Positions 49,276 through 63,681 are shown, counted from the stretch's first letter. The stretch is 64,000 nucleotides of DNA from Octopus sinensis (GCF_006345805.1 NC_043000.1:57474001-57538000); one strand, 5' to 3'. Numbers and translations are program-made. Notes: generated by a model not told the origin, from the letters alone.

Positions 49276-52200
49276 CTGAAATAGTGATAAAGAATCTTCA
49301 TGTAATACATAATTAATACTTTTGTGTTTTACTGTTTTACATGATAACCACCAGACAGTTTTTTAGTTAAAAATCTCATTTTTTTCTCATTCCTGTTTTA
49401 CACTAAGGCCTTGCCTGAATTGATAGAATTCACTTCTCCTTATGATATAGGAAATTACCACAATTTTATAAATTTTAATCATTTAAAATTCTGTTAATTA
49501 CTTTGGTGACTCCTTCAGTAGTTTCCTTAGATTCTCGTTTTTATCTCTTCTAATAAGGCTAGGTTAGGTGAGAATGGGAGAGAATGGTACAGAACAAGCG
49601 ATGGTTTTTCAGCTGCCTTATCAAGTCTTCATCCATCAATTTCTTGTGACATTTCATATTGTAAATACTATAATGGTTTCAAATTCTGGCACAAGGCCAG
49701 CAATCTTAGGAGGAGGAGGAGGAAGAAGAGTGAGTTGATAATACAGACCCCAGTGCTCAACAAATATTTATATAATCAACCTTGAAAGGAAGAAAAATGA
49801 AGTCAACTTCAGCAGCATTTGAACACAGAACGTTAAGCTGGAAAAATGCTGCTAAGGATTTTGTTTGGTGTGCTAATGATTCTGCTGGCCCACCACTTTA
49901 CATTGTAAATACAATAATAAAATGTAAACAAATTTATATTTGATGGACAGTGCCTCATTCTAGTAGTAGTAGTAGATGCTTCGCCTAACATTAATCCTGA
50001 TCTATGATCAAAAGTATTTCAGCTATGATCATCCCATCTTACTTTCAGGGGTGTTGCATCAAAGATCTTTAAGCTAAGACATCTAGCATGAGTTCAGGGA
50101 GGTTTGACTGCATAGAGGTTTCCATATTTGTTTTAATGGCATGATCTTCCAAGAAAGAAGTTCGCCTATTGTAGATAACATTTGCTATCGAAATGGCCCC
50201 TGTTCCCTATCCTTATGTATGAACTGGATAAATTAGGCTATGTGTTTGAGACATCTGTATGTCTTGTAAAATATGAACCTAAACCTAGAACATTTTTCTC
50301 CAAGAGTCAGGTCTGGGAAGGGTTTTTTTTTTAATTGAAGATCAACAATTTATTGATGCATGTAGGTCTTGCCTTTTCCACACAAGTGAATTTTCTTCCA
50401 AGGGAATGACAAATGAACCAATGTTGTCACAAGTATTAGTGTTAGAAAACAAAAATCTGGAACAGATATAGTAAAACATCATCTATCACTAGCAATTTTA
50501 CCAGTCCAATTTTGAGGACTGTATTGATCCTGAATTGCATTATTATGAATTTGAATTAGGAGCTTGAGTGTTAGTGAATCTTTCATTAGCTGATTACACA
50601 ATCATGGATGATGTCTCTATGGATATGTTGCAGTTACTTTCTTGATAGAACTTGGTGATCCTAACCATTGATCTAGGATTCTTCTGCTCAGCATCAATGC
50701 TCAGTCAAGATCTTCCACTACCCCTTCACAATCCACCATGCTGCAGTCCCATGACTTCACCTGGCATGGTGGCTGAACAGGTGCTATACTTTGCCAAAGA
50801 GCACAGTTGGTTTTTACAGCTGGATGCTCTTCCAAATGCCAACCACTTTACAGTATGGACTGGATACTTTTTACATAGCACCAGCACTGGCAAGACCACC
50901 AAGTAACTTGCAAGACAAAGATTCTTTGAGAGGGGGATGGGGGCATTGGAGGTGATAATCTTGTGCCAGGTGATGAAAGGTTAGAGTCGTGACGTATTTT
51001 CAAAATATCCATAAATCAACAGACACAACAATGGTAATAGTTAGTCCTCCTCTAACTTTGTGACACTATTGAACACTGTCTTCTTGTAGTGCTCCAAGGG
51101 AATAAATAATACACTGGAATAGTTTCTTATTGCTCTCTCTATGTCTACAAAAAAAGAGTCAAGCTTCAATGTTGTAAACTAAGAAACCACTAATCAATTG
51201 TATAATGATTCTATTACAAGTAAAAGAGAACTATTGCCATGACAACTTTCTCTGTCATGGTCAATGTGACAAACAGGCCCTACACACCTTCCTTCCCAGC
51301 ATTGCTGTAAACAGCAGAAGTGACCTGCAACGTTAAAACTTAGTGCTCATGCACAGCAGAGTTCAAGATCAATCTTTGACAAAAAGTTTCACTCTGCATG
51401 CTTTAGCTTCGTTACTATGGCAACAGTCCAGATATTTATTGATCAGACTTTGTATACTACCATGTGGTACCTATATAAATTTGGATCCAAAGAAGGGAAA
51501 ATAGCAGCTAAATCTTCTTCAAATCATAACCTATTGTTCTGCATGAAAAGAAAAACATTTAGTCCAAGATATTCTATATCTAAATAAATGACTAGATAGT
51601 CAAAGGTGGAATGACTTGATTAAAGGTCTGCTGGATCCGAGCTGACTTGGGGTTAAACAACAACAACTGATACAGGGCTACAAATAAGTTAAGTGATCAT
51701 ATACTGAGCACTATATGCAAAAATTCTCTAAGTGGAGATAATTTTCAAAGTTAATTTACATGCTTTGTAGGAAGTATGATCTTTGTTTGCTGGTAAGGGA
51801 CAACTATGGACATGTTTCAAACTATAAGACCCCATCAGCATAGTATAGCCTACACAAGCCTGCCCAATTAGTTGATAAAGACTTTTATGTGATTTTGATT
51901 TTGATTTTGATTTGATTTTTCCAGTTTCAGCTTATGAGCTGTGGCCATGCTGGGGCACCGCCATGTACAGAGAAAAGTGTTATGAATAATTTTTGGTATA
52001 ATTTGATTAATTAAAATGGTAACATAATGAGACAGAAGTTAGAGTCAAGAAGAATGATCTATCATCTTGTAAATAACAAAATACAGTGGTCAGTTTATAG
52101 AACCAGTTGGTTCTATAAACTAATGATGTCTTCCCTATAGAACATGACACACAAGCCAATAACACAGCCGCTAGTCACTTGATCTACTAGAAATAGAACC

Positions 52201-53338
52201 TGCATCTCCCTCAAATGAAACCTTACCGTTTAAAAAAGGAAAAAGGATGTTGGATAATGCTGTGATAAATTATGAGTGAAAAGAAAATGATGAAATAGTT
52301 GCAGCTGGAATGCATTTTATTGTTAGCCTCCTGGATCAAGGTTGACTTGACCCTTTAGCATTCGGGTTTTTCTCTCAAATATAATACTTATTTATTCACT
52401 TTGTTTTGAATAAATTATACATTATCTTGTAGCTTTGAGATTTTGAAGATGTGAGCATTTATTTCTTAGAATGACATAGGGTAAGTGTGATAGGCCAGAT
52501 CTGGTCAGTTTGACCATAAAACAAGTAGAATATTTTGACCAGATATGGCTGGTTTGAATGATAATGGGTTAAGGTAAACAATAATAATATGACAATACAC
52601 TACAAGAGTTTTTAAAAGGGTACCATTAAAACCAATTCCTCCTGAGAGTAATTACAAAACAATTGATTTAGCAGCTATAAGTTTCAGACCTCAGGTTTAC
52701 ACTGATATGACAAATGGCTCAGCTTAACCTTGTCTGTTATTGCATCTGCTGTTTAGTCACAAGTCAGCCCTGATAAAGCAAATATATGATCAAAAGTATT
52801 CCAGTCTTGAATTCAGACACAATGTATCTAGGATTTATCATCATCAGCAACAGTATTAACATCTGTTTTCTATGCTGGCATGGGTTGGATGGTATGACCA
52901 GAGCTGGTAAGGCCTGAGGCCACACCAGGCTCCATTGTCTGTTCTGACATGGTTTCTACAGCTGGATGCCCTTCCTAATGCCAACCACCCCACGTATCTT
53001 CTTGAGTACAACAGTGTGCTGGATATAGCGGTCCTTAGTCACGTCTTTCTCAGTTCTTTTAAGATGGCGGGTGCAGATATGATTTTATGGTTAAGAAGTT
53101 TACACCACAACCATATTACTTTGAATTCAGTCTTACTGTGTGGCACCCTGGGCAAATGTCATCTACTATTGACCTAGGTCAACTAGCTATCCCATGCCTT
53201 GTGAGTGAATCTGGAAGACAGAAACAGTATTAAGCTCATATCAAAGCAAAGAGACAGTAAAATATGAGAGAGAGAGAGAGAGAGAGAGAAAGGGAGGGAG
53301 AGGGAGGGGGGAGAGAGAGAGAATAGGTATTCACTTAC

Positions 53339-53443
53339 TAAAGGTTTGGAATCTGTGAGGACATGGTACTGTAAAAACTGGTGCAATTGGTAGAAACAAT
53401 TGTGATTGACCAATATGTTAATAACAAGTTCATATAGATAGTG
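53339..53443 (-). CDS. RMC1: RMC1 exon (105 bp, phase 0/0)
   Basis: tttcag|CAC ... TTA|gtaagt; HYLYELVINILVNHNCFYQLHQFLQYHVLTDSKPL. Confidence 0.95.
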
Positions 53444-54013
53444 CTGAAAGAGACGAAAAAAACCCAAAAAAACAATGTAAGGACAGACAAATAGGAAAGC
53501 AAAATTGAAGTGGAAATAAGTAATCCACTAATGTCATTTGCATGAAATATAATAATTAGTGTTAAAATATTTAATGTAGGGAGTATTACAAAACTGATTA
53601 GAAATAAGGATGTGGAGCGCTGGTTCTGGTACCATGTGATGGTGCCACATAAAAAGCACCCAGTTCACTCTGTGGAGTGGTTGGTGTTAGGAAGGGTATC
53701 CAACCAAAGAAACCAAGCCAAAACGGACAAAGGAACCTGGTGTGGACCCTGGCCTTACCAGTTCTTGTCATGCCATTCAACCCAGGCCTGCATGGAAAGT
53801 GGATGTTAAATGAAGATGATGACAATGAAAGAAAAAGACAATTTCTTCACTACTTAGCCAAATACAGTGTCAGTTTTGTTTTGCTGATGAGGGTCAGAAT
53901 ACAATCAACCCATGCAAATACTGAAGGTACACAGCTACAACAGAAGAGTTGCTTCCTGCTTATGTACAAAATGTAATAGACAGAAAAAGTAGTATAAAAT
54001 GTTGAGAGTATAC

Positions 54014-54091
54014 CTGGACATTTATTTGATGCTCATTCAAGGATCGGATATATTCAATTAGAACTGCAACCATAAATTTGTGAGATATATT
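54014..54091 (-). CDS. RMC1: RMC1 exon (78 bp, phase 0/0)
   Basis: ctacag|AAT ... CAG|gtatac; NISHKFMVAVLIEYIRSLNEHQINVQ. Confidence 0.93.
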
Positions 54092-54281
54092 CTGTAGGAA
54101 TAAAAAGGAAAAAGAGAGAGTGACAGTAAGCATGTGAAAAAAAAAATCCAATAAAATTATAATAATTTGAAGTCTTAAATATATTAGGAGAGTGGAGAAA
54201 CGGAAAGTTTCATGCATTTAGAGAAAACACTGATGTGATATTTATGAAAGAAATCATCATCGTTATTATTATCAATAAAGA

Positions 54282-54487
54282 GGTGAGCTGGCATAATCAT
54301 TAGCACACTGGGCAAAATGCTTAGCAGCATTTCATCTGCCTTTATATTCTGAATACAAATTCCACTGAGGTCGATCTGGCCTTTCATCCTTTTGGAGTCA
54401 ATAAAATAAGTACCAGTTGAGCACTGGGGCAGATGAATTGACTTAACTCTTCCTCCGAAATTTTTGGTCTTGCACCAAAATTTCAAA
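54282..54487 (+). mobile_element. tRNA-derived SINE (second family)
   Basis: Same family as 10119 and 12484. Confidence 0.8.
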
Positions 54488-56032
54488 ATTTATTTTTATT
54501 ATTATCAACTTCCTCTTTCATTTCTCTGGGGTTGATAAAATAAAGTACCAGTCAAGGTAGTTGATGGTAGTTCATCCTCACAACTTTGCTGGCTTAAATC
54601 AGAAATAATTATTATCATTTTTACAGCAGTGGGTTAGCAAAATCTTTAAAGTGTTGGACAATATGACTTGCAGCATTTAGTTTGAAATATTTATGTTCTC
54701 TGCTCAAATCCCGCTGAGGTTAGCTTTTGCCATTCTGGTCATGTACTGGAGTTGTTACAATTGACTAACCCCTCCACCTAAATTTGCTGGCCTTTTACCT
54801 ATGTTAAAAATCATTATCATTGTTACTAAAGGATTAGTAGAATAAGTGTTGCTCAACCAGTTTTAATTGTATCATTTTACATTCTAAGTTTAAATCTTGC
54901 TCAAGGTTAAATTTACCTTTCATCCACCTGGAGATTGATAATCAGGTCAATGTAATCAAGTGTATGCTCTTCTTTTAAAATTTTTACTTTTGTACATATA
55001 TCAGAAAACAATATTATTATTGTTATTTTCAGAGAATGACTTATGTGGGTGATTTAATGGAGAAAGGGAATAACTTTTCAACTACCATATTGAAATAATG
55101 GGATTGATCTGTAAATCTTAATATTTTCGTGTATTTACCAACTTGCACCATTTAATGTGTGGAGTGTAACTTGACCCTTTCATGGCTATATTTCTAAAGA
55201 GTAAACTAGTAATATCTTTCAGTTAAATTTCAATATACACAAAGTTTTGGAAGGGTTTAATAAAACATCTGTACCGTTATACATTAGAATATCACAATGG
55301 TGTTGATCAGCTGAAATCCTATGATATCATTCACATTATTTTGATATTTTGATAGGAGTTTAATATAATAATACATTTTAATACTGTCAGTACTTTATCT
55401 TAGAACTTCTTCCACATATTGTTGAAATTCAGCCCAGTCAGCCCTGATTCAGCAGACTTTTGATCAAAATCATTCAAGTCATAACCATCCTGCTTTTATT
55501 TTCTAGGAACAATGTATCACAAACATTATCTAAAGCAGCCTTCTATTTTTCAGGACAGTGGGTGTGAATTAAGGAGAATTTGGATGCTATTTCATGCAAT
55601 GGTGTAAGGGCTCTCTCATTGGTTTGTCTTTGCTATATCACTACCATATAAACATTACTGATGTTTTATGGGAATTGTTTAAATAGCATTTCATCCAACA
55701 CAACAATTGATTCTTACAGATGAATAATGTTTTTAACATATATTTGTAACTCAATTTATTTGTACATAGCCTGTCTTTAAAACAGACATTTTCCATTGAA
55801 ACAATTATCACCACAATGTATGGGACCAAATTTTTTTCATGATAGATTAGGAAATATTAAATTTCCTTTTCCAAATTGTCTAAATCAGTGACGGTGATCT
55901 TTTTAGTCCAGCTTGTCAAAATATTTATTTCTTTGATAATCCCACTATTGATGTCTCAGATGTATTTTAGTTTTCGGTAAATGCTTATAAATAAGCTTTT
56001 TATAATATAATTTAGCAGGGAAATTATTATAT

Positions 56033-56437
56033 AGGTGCAGGAGTGGCTGTGTGGTAAGTAGCTTGCTAACCAGCAACATGGTTCCGGGTTCAGTCCCACT
56101 GCGTGGCATCTTGGGCAAGTGTCTTCTGCTATAGCCCCGGGCCGACCAATGCCTTGTGAGTGGATTTGGTAGACGGAAACTGAAAGAAGCCTGTCGTATA
56201 TATGTATATATATGTATATGTATGTGTGTGTGTGTGTGTTTGCCCCCCTAGCATTGCTTGACAACCGATGCTGGTGTGTTTACATCCCCGTCACTTAGCG
56301 GTTCGGCAAAAGAGACCGATAGAATAAGTACTGGGCTTACAAAGAATAAGTCCCAGGGTCGATTTGCTCGACTAAAGGCGGTGCTCCAGCATGGCCACAG
56401 TCAAATGACTGAAACAAGTAAAAGAGTAAAGAGTAAA
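56033..56437 (+). mobile_element. tRNA-derived SINE (main family), young full-length copy
   Basis: Highly similar to 48201-48578. Confidence 0.9.
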
Positions 56438-57665
56438 GTCTATAACACATGCTGACAAATGTATTATAGATTTGTCATCACTGACCTAAATCATCTTAAT
56501 ACATGAATGAACAACACTATCATTTAATCAATTCACTCCATAAAATTGAAATCACAAATAATCAGACAATCCAGGAAGCTAAGTCAATGGATTCTTTATA
56601 AATCTGATTTATTAACCAACATTTTCTACTACATGTTGTGACTGAAATAAGCCTTTCCACAATAAGTATGATATTAAATTCTGTAATGCAGAATTTTATG
56701 CACTTATGACACTGAAATAAAATGATAAGTTGAAGTGTTTTTTCAAAAAACAAAACAAAACAAAACAACTTTCCTTTGACTTGAAATGATAGTTTTGTCT
56801 TATGGACTGAATTCAAATCACACTGGAGTCAACCTTGCCTTTTATTCCAATGGAGGCTTAAAAAGATCACCATCTCTGATTTAGATAATTTGGAATGGAA
56901 AATTTAAAATTGTATTTCCAAATTTCTCCTGATAAAATCTGGCCCTATGCATCGTAATGTTAATAGTTTCGAATTGGAAATGTTTGTTTGAAAGAGACTG
57001 TGTACAAATAAATCTAGCAACAAATGGGTTTTAAAAACATTATTCAAATATTGCGGTATGGTGATATACTACCAATGAATGAAATGCTATTTAAACAATT
57101 CCCATGAAGCACCAGAAAAGTGTATATGACAGTAACACAGTGAAGACACAACTTCGACATCAGGGCTCTGGATGTTTGGTCCCAAACTAGTTCTGATCAA
57201 GCCAACCTATGATCAAAGGGGCTCTGACCATGACCATTCCATTTTTTTCCCCTCTTAACACAGAACCACATTTGATGTGTCTTCCCTTTTATTAGAATAG
57301 TAGGGCACAATTTAAGGAAGATTTGGCTGCTTTTATAGCAGGTAGAGTAATGAAGCAGAGCCTCCCTCAGAGGTTTCAATATGTAACAGTAGTATCAATT
57401 CACTCCATTGCATCATTATTCCCCAGTAGTTACTTTGTAGCAAGGTAAGAAATCATTATTTCAATAAACTGTTATAGATTGTGACTGAATCAATAAAGGT
57501 GAATTTAGAAAGAAAAAAACATGTTAAAACTTGTATTATATATTCTATGCATAATTACATATTTAAAAAACAGTCCAGATTGGTTAGATACGGTTGTTAC
57601 CCCATTTAACCAATTTGGAGTATTTTTTTTATTAGAACACTCATAACCCAAGTGACAACCTATAC

Positions 57666-57848
57666 CAGTGCTTCCCAACTGGGGTCTGCAAAGGTAGTAC
57701 TGGGGGGTTCCTGAACATTTCATATATATATATACATATATGCTAGCATGAAAAATGGACGCTAAATGATGATGATGATGATGATGATAAGGATAAGCAT
57801 ATTAAAAGGGGTCCATGGGAAAACAAATAAAAGGGTTGGGAACCACTG
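57666..57848. mobile_element. hAT-like MITE
   Basis: TIRs CAGTGCTTCCCAAC / GTTGGGAACCACTG; imperfect 8-bp TSD acctatac/tactatac. Confidence 0.7.
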
Positions 57849-57908
57849 TACTATACATATCATTTAGAATATCTGTTTTCTATACTGGCAAGGGTTGGAT
57901 ATATATAT

Positions 57909-58192
57909 ATACTAAGCAATTAAGGGTTTAGCAACGAATTGCCTCACCACACACCGAATTTAGAAATAGCAGTCAAAGAGTTATAGCTATTCTTTCTACT
58001 AAAAGGGAGATCTCAGTAAAAACACAGCACTTGAAAGGCAAACACAGACAGGTAAGTGTTTGCCTTTCAAGTGCTGTGTTTTTACTGAGATCTCCCTTTT
58101 AGTAGAAAGAATAGCTATAACTCTTTGACTGCTATTTCTAAATTCGGTGTGTGGTGAGGCAATTCGTTGCTAAACCCTTAATTGCTTAGTAT
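57909..58192. repeat. Perfect palindrome, 137-bp arms, 10-nt loop (agacaggtaa)
   Basis: atactaagcaattaaggg...aaggcaaacac / gtgtttgcctt...cccttaattgcttagtat; left end abuts (TA)n. Confidence 0.93.
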
Positions 58193-61100
58193 TACTTAAA
58201 TTTTCCTCGAATTAGGCTTTTACATGCCGAAATCTACTTGGTGTAATTAATAATTATTCCAAATTAATTAATTTCACCCTATATTGTTACTGATAACTAT
58301 ATATATATATATATATATATAGGCATGGTTTTGCGGTTAAGAAGTCCATTTTGAAACTACATGGCTTCAGGTTTCATCACACTGTGGGGGCATTGAGGAT
58401 GAGTGTTCTCTGTTATAGGCTTCTGTCAACCAACACTTTATGAATGAAATTTGGTTGGCAGAAACTGCATGGAAGTCCATCATACACATACACACACATG
58501 TCTGTGTCTAAATTTACATCTTGTAAGTTAGCAGTTTGATTGATAAGGATTGTTAAAATAAATATTAGACTTTAAAAAAAAAAGCCTGGGCTTGATATCA
58601 TTTACTAAAACACTAGAAGGTGGTAAGCCATGTTAATACAACATGGCCACAATCCAATGACAGAAACCAATAAAAGAATATATACATACATATATACATA
58701 GTATCAATGGATGCATCCAGTGCACAACAATTTTATTGTTCAGGTTTTGGCTCTTGTTAACTCCTAACATAGTGTGATCACATGAGGTCCTGTGCAGTTC
58801 AAAGAGGGTTATACCATAATATAAAGAGTACATCAATAATGAAAGTAACTTGGTATTTCTTGTTATATGTCTCTGTATTAGGTATCACATGATGTCATAC
58901 TATACATGCGATCTTTAGGTATACCTAAGTGTAGCATGCATAATCAATCACCAGATGGGACATACAAGTTGAGTGTGTTTGACAATAACACCTTTAACCC
59001 TTTAGTGTTTAAACCGGCCATATCTGGCCCAGATATTCTACATGTTTTATATTCAAACTGGCAATATCTAGCCTCTCACACCTACCCGACAATGTCATTC
59101 TAAATATAAACAATCACATCATTGAAACCTCAAAGCTATAAGATAATGCATGATTAATTCAAAACAATTTGAGTGGAAAAGTATTACATTTAACAGAGTA
59201 ATCTGAACACTAAAGGGTTAAACTTGTCTGTATTATGTTGATAGATAAACGACATGTCTAAGACAATGCTCTTGTCAACATACCATTTTTGGTTACTGGT
59301 TGAGCAATTTTCCCTTCCTTTTCTCATTTTTAATTATAACCAATAACAAAGCTGTAGATGGGTGCCATAATGCTGATTTACTTCTAATACATTACAGTAA
59401 GATAAGGCTTTTGACAGTGACTAAAAAACTCATTAAGATAAATACCCACCATCCAGTTTATGTAATGATATAAATATTTGTAGTTATTTGGTCCCAGCAA
59501 TGGCCAACTGTCTTTTTTGCAGTTAGTGTTCCTAGGACTACATTATCTGACATGTTCTTTGTGTTTTAATAGGGGTTTGAGGGGAAACTGGACTGCTATT
59601 TCTAGCATAATAGCATCCTTGTTTTGTTTAGTCTTTATGTTGTTGTTTTGATAGTTGTTGTATAGCTCTGTTCAGTTTGGAACAAATTGGAGAGTTATGG
59701 CATAAAGAGATCTTAATGAAAACCATCTACCCTTTTCTGCTGTCAGGTCTCAGAAATATCCTCAGAAAAAGAAGTTCTGTTAATTTACTTGCACTCTTGT
59801 GAATACTATGTTATCATATTATTCACAGTGATGCAAAAATTCCATGTAGCTACACTATCATTTTCAGGTAGAAGACACTGACATATCAAACATCAAGTTA
59901 TTTTGATGATGATGATGATGATGATAATAGAGCTGGAGCTCTATTACCACTATTATTGTTATTATCATGACATGCATAAAAATAACTATTATAAAGAAGA
60001 TTCAATTTCAGGTCTACCTATTAAGCATGTTAACTATTTTAAGGTTTTCAATGTTTATGATGAACATTTGGTTACATAAGCAATATGACTACCAATTAGC
60101 AAAACAAAATGGTAAGTGCTGATGAGCATGATGTAGTGAGACAGATAAAGTAGAAGAACATTATAAAAATCTCTGGGGAGTAATAAATGCTGAGTGTAAT
60201 ATTGCAGGTGTAAGATATGGTATGGGGATTTTATGTATGTTTCTCAGAGGAAGGTAGCTATATCTATCAATCTATCTATATATCATTATTATTTTGTCTA
60301 CTTTTCTATGCTTGCCTGGGTTGGACAGAGTTTACTGAGGCAGATTTTATATGGCTGGATACCCTCCCTGTCACCAACCCTAACCTGTTTACAAGTAAGG
60401 TAATATTTTCCCATGGTCAAACGTTTTTTCAGATTACTGGAAATGGATGAGAATGACACTGATTTAGAACTATCACACAATATCAAGACAAAGTGATACA
60501 AACATACAAAAATTCACAAACACACACACACACATACTCTATATATGATGAGCTTCTTTCAGTTCCTGTCTACCAAATCTACTGACAAGGCTTTGGTCAG
60601 CTTGGAGCTATAGTTGAAGACACTTGCCCAAGATTCCACACAGAGGGACTGAACCCAAAATCATGTGGTTACAAACAAACTTCTTAACTACGCAGCCACA
60701 CCTGCACCTAGAGTCGTACCTATAATGATAATAATGGATTAAATTAGTGTGTTCTTCTGAAGACTTGGCATTTCAATGTGAGTAAGCAACTGTCTACATA
60801 GCAATTACCACACAACGTATTAGTATTTCTTAGTGAAACACATTTAAAGATTATGTAATTTATGATGTTATAATAAAAAGATAAACTAATACTCTTGTTT
60901 TATTCTGCTTTTGGACACACACTCTGTTAATAATTCAAATGTATATAATACCAAAAGGAAACAGGAGAGCAAATTATGTTTAATACTTGGTTGGAATTTG
61001 GATATATATGATGTACTAAACATTGGTTAACTGTTATGCTACCTCATTCAAAATAGCAATTCTTTTATGTACATATGTATGTACGTACACACACACATAT

Positions 61101-61914
61101 AAACCGGAAGCATTTGGTTCGTTTTACAAGCCCATGAACCTTCTTGCATGGAACTGAATCAAACCATTATTAAATAGTATATGTAACTCCTAATAAATGT
61201 CTTGAGTCCCCCTTTCTTTCATTGGTCCACTCACTCATATATATATATATAATTTCCTTCCTCTACTGAATGTCAGTATCCATCAACTCTTCTACAAAAG
61301 AAGCCTACTCTGCTACCTCACTTCTTGCATACTTTACCCCTCCATCCACCACCTTTCTCTAGGTTCATAATCTTGCAAGCTGCATGGCAATCTCAAAAGT
61401 TCTGATGGCATGAGAGAAAAAGAAAGAAAATAAAAACCCAGTACACGTTGTAAAGTGGTTGCTGTAAGGAAGGACATTCACCTGTAGAAAGCAGACTAAA
61501 GTAGATCATGATGCAGTCCTTCAACCAATTAGATCCTGTCAAACTGTGCAACCTATGCCAGTGTGGAACATGGACGTTAAATGATGATGATGATGGCATA
61601 CATACTTGCTTGGATAGCAACTGAAACTATTTTCATGTTATATATTAATAATTATCATAAATTGAGAGCAAATAATATTTTGCAAGTGGCACAAGGCTAT
61701 AATTTTTGGTGTGTTGGGTGGACAGTTAATTACATTTGCTCCTACCCCAGGGACAATGAATTAAAGTGGACTATGGATTTGACAATTGGAGATGACTGTT
61801 TGGACATTGATAATTTGATACATCTGAGTGGACAGTAAACCTGTTTTGACAGTGGAAATAATCAAACATATACACACATGAGCAAATGGAGAAATATATA
61901 TATCATAATCATTT

Positions 61915-62655
61915 AACATCTATTTTCCATGATGGTATGGGTTGGATGGTTTGACTTGGGCCTGACAAGACAGGAGGCTGCACTGGCTCCAATCTGATCT
62001 GGCAATGTTTCTACAGCTGGATGACCTTCCTAATGCCAACCACTCTGAGAGTGAAGTGGGTGCTTTTTATGTGCCACCAGCCAGGCAGCACTGGCATCGG
62101 CCATGTTCAGATGGTGCTTTTTATGTGCTATCCACATAAGAGCCAGTTGAGGAGGGGGTGGGGGGCTGGCATCAACCATGTTCAGATGGTGCTTTTTACA
62201 TGCCACCAGCACGGGAAGCCATTCAGGCGACACTGGCAATGACCAAAATATGAATGGTGCTTATTGTGTGTCAGGCGGCACTGGCATCAGCCACTACAAT
62301 TTCCATTTGATTGTGATTTGATTTGACTTTGATCTTGATTTGATTTTACTTGACTCAATAGGTCTCCTCAAGCACAGCATGTCGCTCGACTATTAAAACA
62401 TACTTTTTAAATGGGCTGGTTATGCAACACTGGTGTAGGCTATGGCTACAGTTGTGATCTCACTATACTTGCCGGGTCTTCTCAATCACAGTATATCTCC
62501 AGAGGTCTCAGTCTTTCGTCATTGACTCTGTGACGCCCATCGTTCAAAGGTCAAGCTTCACCACCTCATCCCATGTCTTCTTGGGCCTCCTTCTTCCATG
62601 GAATTCCTTCCACTGTCAGGGAGAGACACTTCTTCACACAGCTCTCCTCATCCAT
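61915..62655 (-). mobile_element. SINE-like repeat with internal tandem units joined to a LINE 3' fragment
   Basis: Inverted ggaagg..catccagctgtaga motif, repeated ggtgctttttatgtgc units, and a reverse-complement homologue of the 10980-11150 LINE tail. Confidence 0.65.
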
Positions 62656-62670
62656 AATATATATATATAA

Positions 62671-62880
62671 ATTAGAAAAGAAACACCTTTTATCAATTCA
62701 AAATGAACAATTAAATTTCTAGATGGTGTAATTAATTGTTCATTTTGAATTGATAAAAGGGGTTTTTCTAATTTTATATATATATATATATAATATATAT
62801 ATAATATATAATTTTTGTGAAATTTGATTAGTATTTCTAAATTGAATTTTCCCTGTAAGTTAGGAATAATATTCCTCTCA
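62671..62880. repeat. Second copy of the 7686-8070 repeat, opposite orientation, shorter foldback (29-bp perfect arms 62686-62714 / 62732-62760)
   Basis: Shared ccttttatcaattcaaaatgaacaatt and tctagatggtgtaatt; outer segment matches 7686-7760 in reverse. Confidence 0.85.
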
Positions 62881-62884
62881 AATT

Positions 62885-62938
62885 ATTATTATTATTATTA
62901 TTATATATATATACATACATATATATATATATATATGT

Positions 62939-62970
<32 letters not shown>

Positions 62971-62973
62971 TGC

Positions 62974-63007
<34 letters not shown>

Positions 63008-63187
63008 TTATATATATATATAATATATATAATATATATATGTATATTATAATATATATATATATATATATATAATGTATATGTATATAATATAATAGTA
63101 TATGTATATATATATATATATATGTAATATATATATATATGTATATGTATAATATTATATTATATATATTATATGTATATATATATT

Positions 63188-63218
<31 letters not shown>

Positions 63219-63359
63219 ATATATGATATGTATATATATATTATATAGTATATGTATATATATATATATAAATATAGTAATGTATATATATATGTATATG
63301 TATATGTATATATTATGTATATATAGGTATATATATATAATATGGATATGTATATATAT

Positions 63360-63391
<32 letters not shown>

Positions 63392-63429
63392 GTATATTAT
63401 ATATATATATATATGTAATATATATATAG

Positions 63430-63460
<31 letters not shown>

Positions 63461-63518
63461 ATAATGTATATATATATATATATATGTATATATAGATATA
63501 TGTAATAATATATATATG

Positions 63519-63553
<35 letters not shown>

Positions 63554-63560
63554 GTATATA

Positions 63561-63626
<66 letters not shown>

Positions 63627-63645
63627 GTTATAATATATATATATG

Positions 63646-63681
<36 letters not shown>

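Larger units (their letters stand above)
42050..54091 (-). other. RMC1: RMC1 (regulator of MON1-CCZ1; C18orf8/Mic1), 3' portion, 6 coding exons in window
   Basis: Joined exons NISHKFMVAVLIEYIRSLNEHQINVQ-HYLYELVINILVNHNCFYQLHQFLQYHVLTDSKPL-ACLMLSLESVYTPAHQLALDMMK-RLSTANEEIIEVLLSKQQLLPALR-FIRS...RGSPKFPSG-EHCEHYVHHFESLFG match the Mic1-domain C-terminus of human RMC1 as I recall it; upstream exons not found in window. Confidence 0.93.

Noticed and set aside
61606-61620. Possible 15-nt RMC1 microexon (tttcag|TTGCTATCCAAGCAA|gtatgt)
   Set aside because: Weak polypyrimidine tract, adjacent to a SINE tail, and the peptide LLSKQ does not fit the RMC1 sequence expected upstream of NISHKF
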